Of a stretch of 64,000 nt of DNA, positions 61,550 to 64,000 are shown in pieces. The stretch is from assembly GCA_050273025.1 (NCBI GenBank), contig CP158635.1, forward strand, positions 7,936,001 to 8,000,000. Direction: 5' to 3'. A program made the position numbers and the translations under genes. The stretch is from Cenococcum geophilum (lineage: Eukaryota). The notes beneath the pieces are model-generated. The model searched no databases and was not told the origin of the DNA. It saw only the letters and a list, made by a program, of their open reading frames with translations. Numbering within the stretch: the stretch's first letter is position 1; the number at the start of each line of letters is the position of its first letter.

Positions 61550-64000
61550 ATAGTAACACTCTACTTCTCCTTTATCCTATTTTAGTATCTTTATACATTA
61601 CTATAAAGAACTTAGATATTATAAATAAATGGGAAATTAATACTTATCGCCTTAAGGAAATTAAGAAGACAATCTTAGATAATATAGTAGAGGCTAGGCT
61701 TAATAAAGTCGCGTTTTATACTACTAAAGATAAAATACTACGCGATAACTTTATCTAGAAGGTTCTTAGCAACTTACCTAAGAGAGAAGGTATTTTAGAG
61801 AGCTAGTCTAAAAATACTATTATTACTTTAATAACATCTTAGAGAACTAATGCTATAAAATAGCAAAATAATTTAAAACCTAAAAGTTAGACTTAAACCA
61901 AATTTAAACCTATAATAACGCTAGCGCCTATATTTACTCCTAAGCAAATCTTAGAATCACTAGGCCCTATATTATTAGGTAAGCCGCTTTTACTTAAAAA
62001 TATAACCTTCTAATTTTAAAAAATAAACTTAACCACCCAAAACACTATAGAGCTTTATATAATCTATAACATTATAAAAGCTAATACAGAAACTCTAACA
62101 ATTAAAGAAATTAGTTTTTTGCTATTTCAAGAGGTTATAGTATTAGTAGGGTTTAACTTGGACAAGGATCAAATTATATAGGTTAACATTAAATCCTATA
62201 AGGAGGCTTATATTACCTAGCAAGGGGTATTATAAGCCGTATTTTAGCAATATATGCTATACCACAGAAGTAAAGTAGAATTTATACTTAAGAGTACCGA
62301 TTATAAGTTCTTTTAACAACATCTAGCTATCTATATACTAATAATTGCAGCTAAGCATTTAATTACAGAAATATTATACTAAATACCGCGCAAGCAGAGC
62401 ATAAACCCTCCCAGTATCGCCAATACCCTAATTCGCCAGTCTTTGCACAGCAAGCCTATACACAAAAAACGGCGAAAGACTGCGTCTAAGCAGACTTACA
62501 AGTACTTAGAATACTTAGATAATAAGTTCGTTAATAAAGACATTAAAAGTAAGAGCGATGCTTTATTAACCTTATTAGCGTACAGCAGTATTCTAAGTTT
62601 ATTAGGTCGGAAGAAACGTAGTTATAAAAGAAAGCAACCTACTAGAGTATCTAAAGGCAAATTATAGTAAGCTACTAAGGACGGCTACAGCGGTCTAGCT
62701 ATCTAGCCTATAGGGGTCCTAATAGTATAGAGAAGAATAAAGACAATTATAATGCTCTCTAAAGCGCAACCGCTCTAGATCCTAAACTAGCTTAACTATA
62801 GGTTATAACCGCAGACAATCTAGCTAGTAATACTATATAGGTTTCTATAGAAGACGACAACCTAGAAGAAAAGGCCCTTAAAGATATAATAAATAAAGCC
62901 AATAGGGAGGCAGAGGCTGCTAATTATATTAAGTAAAGGTATAGGCATATAAGCATATAGAGTACATCTTAAATTAGACTAATATTAGCTTTTTTCAGAT
63001 TTTAAGAAGCCGCTATAGTAAAAGTAGGCGGTAAGGTTAAGAGAATAGAGCAGTAGATATATAAACGCTTAGCTAAGCTATAGGGGGTTTCTAAAAGGGC
63101 CCTTCTAGGGAATAATATGGTCCCTATTCCCCGCAGATAGGGTCTAAATTTAGAGTTTAAAGCGTTTCTATACCAGCTATATAGTACATCTAAGATATTC
63201 TACTAGGAACGTATAGAGCTAAATAGTAGGGTTTTTATAGACGGTATAGGGACCGGCAAAACAGTAACCATATACTTAACTATTGTCCTTAACTACCACT
63301 ATACTATAAACCTAGATAAAGTAGCTACTAATCAAGCGGCTAAAAATGCTACTTAATATCTACTAAAGGGCCACTAGGCTAATAGCGTTAAGTATCCTAG
63401 CTAGGATAGAGTGCCTCTACTATACTTATATATAAATCGCAACGCTATATCTATAATACGTAAACAGTATAGTGCCAGCCTAGTTATTATAGTTCCACAT
63501 ATTATTACTGCTTAGAGAGATAATTATATCTTATTATTTAAAGACTTATTACTTATAACACAAGCGTAGGCACCACTAAAAGTTACAATGTACTATTTAA
63601 CGGCGGATGTTTTTCTAGGTATAGAGCAGCCGACTTTAGATAAGTGGCTAGAAATAGGAATATTAGGAAACTAAACCGCCTATAATGCTTTAAATACTTA
63701 TTAGGCTCTTATAGATAAAGTAAAAACCCCTTACCTATGGTTCTCCGACAGTATCCTACCACTTAAAAAGGGCAATCCTTTAGTTAGTACCCCGGCTGCC
63801 TTAGTAATAAGATTTATTATAATTATAATATCTAAATGCCTAAAACAGTATATTATTAACAACTTTATAATTACTAGAAGAGTCCACCGCTTCTTATCTA
63901 ATAGTAAGCAAAAGGATAAAGGTTAGTAGTCGGTTAAGACTATATTTTTTAGTAGGGTTTTATAGGATAAGTTTTATAACGAGAAGAATAAAGAGACTAT
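61550..64000 (+). pseudogene. SNF2/SWI2-like SF2 helicase, paralog 2 (runs off the window)
   Basis: Colinear with about 54319-56610. DGxGTGKTV is at 63240-63266 and de-RIP RDEFHNEK at about 63964-63987. The supplied ORF 62443-62667 is a surviving in-frame piece. Confidence 0.78.

Larger units (their letters stand above)
37283..64000. mobile_element. Putative large Plavaka/CACTA-related DNA element; left end at 37283, right end not seen in the window
   Basis: Begins CATTAGGA, a RIP form of the CGTCAGGA TIR at 49189. It has subterminal tandem repeats and an internal Plavaka transposase, and Gypsy D never resumes. The extent beyond about 52700 is inferred. Confidence 0.55.

Noticed and set aside
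37283..64000. Starship or Helitron interpretation of the gene-rich block
   Set aside because: I recognised no tyrosine recombinase captain and no Rep/Pif1 helicase motifs. The identifiable mobiliser is Plavaka.

Overview
This is AT-rich filamentous-ascomycete repeat DNA, almost entirely erased by repeat-induced point mutation (RIP: C>T/G>A, TpA excess, codons turned into TAA/TAG). No intact gene was found, and the supplied ORFs are artefacts or surviving fragments. The window resolves into one nest of transposons. A Ty3/Gypsy integrase-chromodomain remnant (family D) hosts three things: (i) a GalEa-type Copia that contains a second GalEa Copia, Gypsy families A and B, a Fot1/pogo-like fold-back MITE and an 8.6-kb internal inversion; (ii) a complete Gypsy C; and (iii) from about 37283, a large DNA element. 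That element carries a RIP-killed Plavaka (CACTA-related) transposase split by a little-RIPped non-autonomous TIR element, and is followed by two SNF2-type helicase pseudogenes and other decayed genes. The most notable observations are a putative giant Plavaka element with CGTCAGGA termini and a 2-bp TSD, an intron-containing antisense Zn2Cys6-like/coiled-coil gene in Gypsy A, palindromic 3'-UTR modules shared between Copia and Gypsy elements, and an inversion at a microhomology that RIP itself may have created. Protein motifs were read by eye with manual de-RIP correction; no database searches were run.
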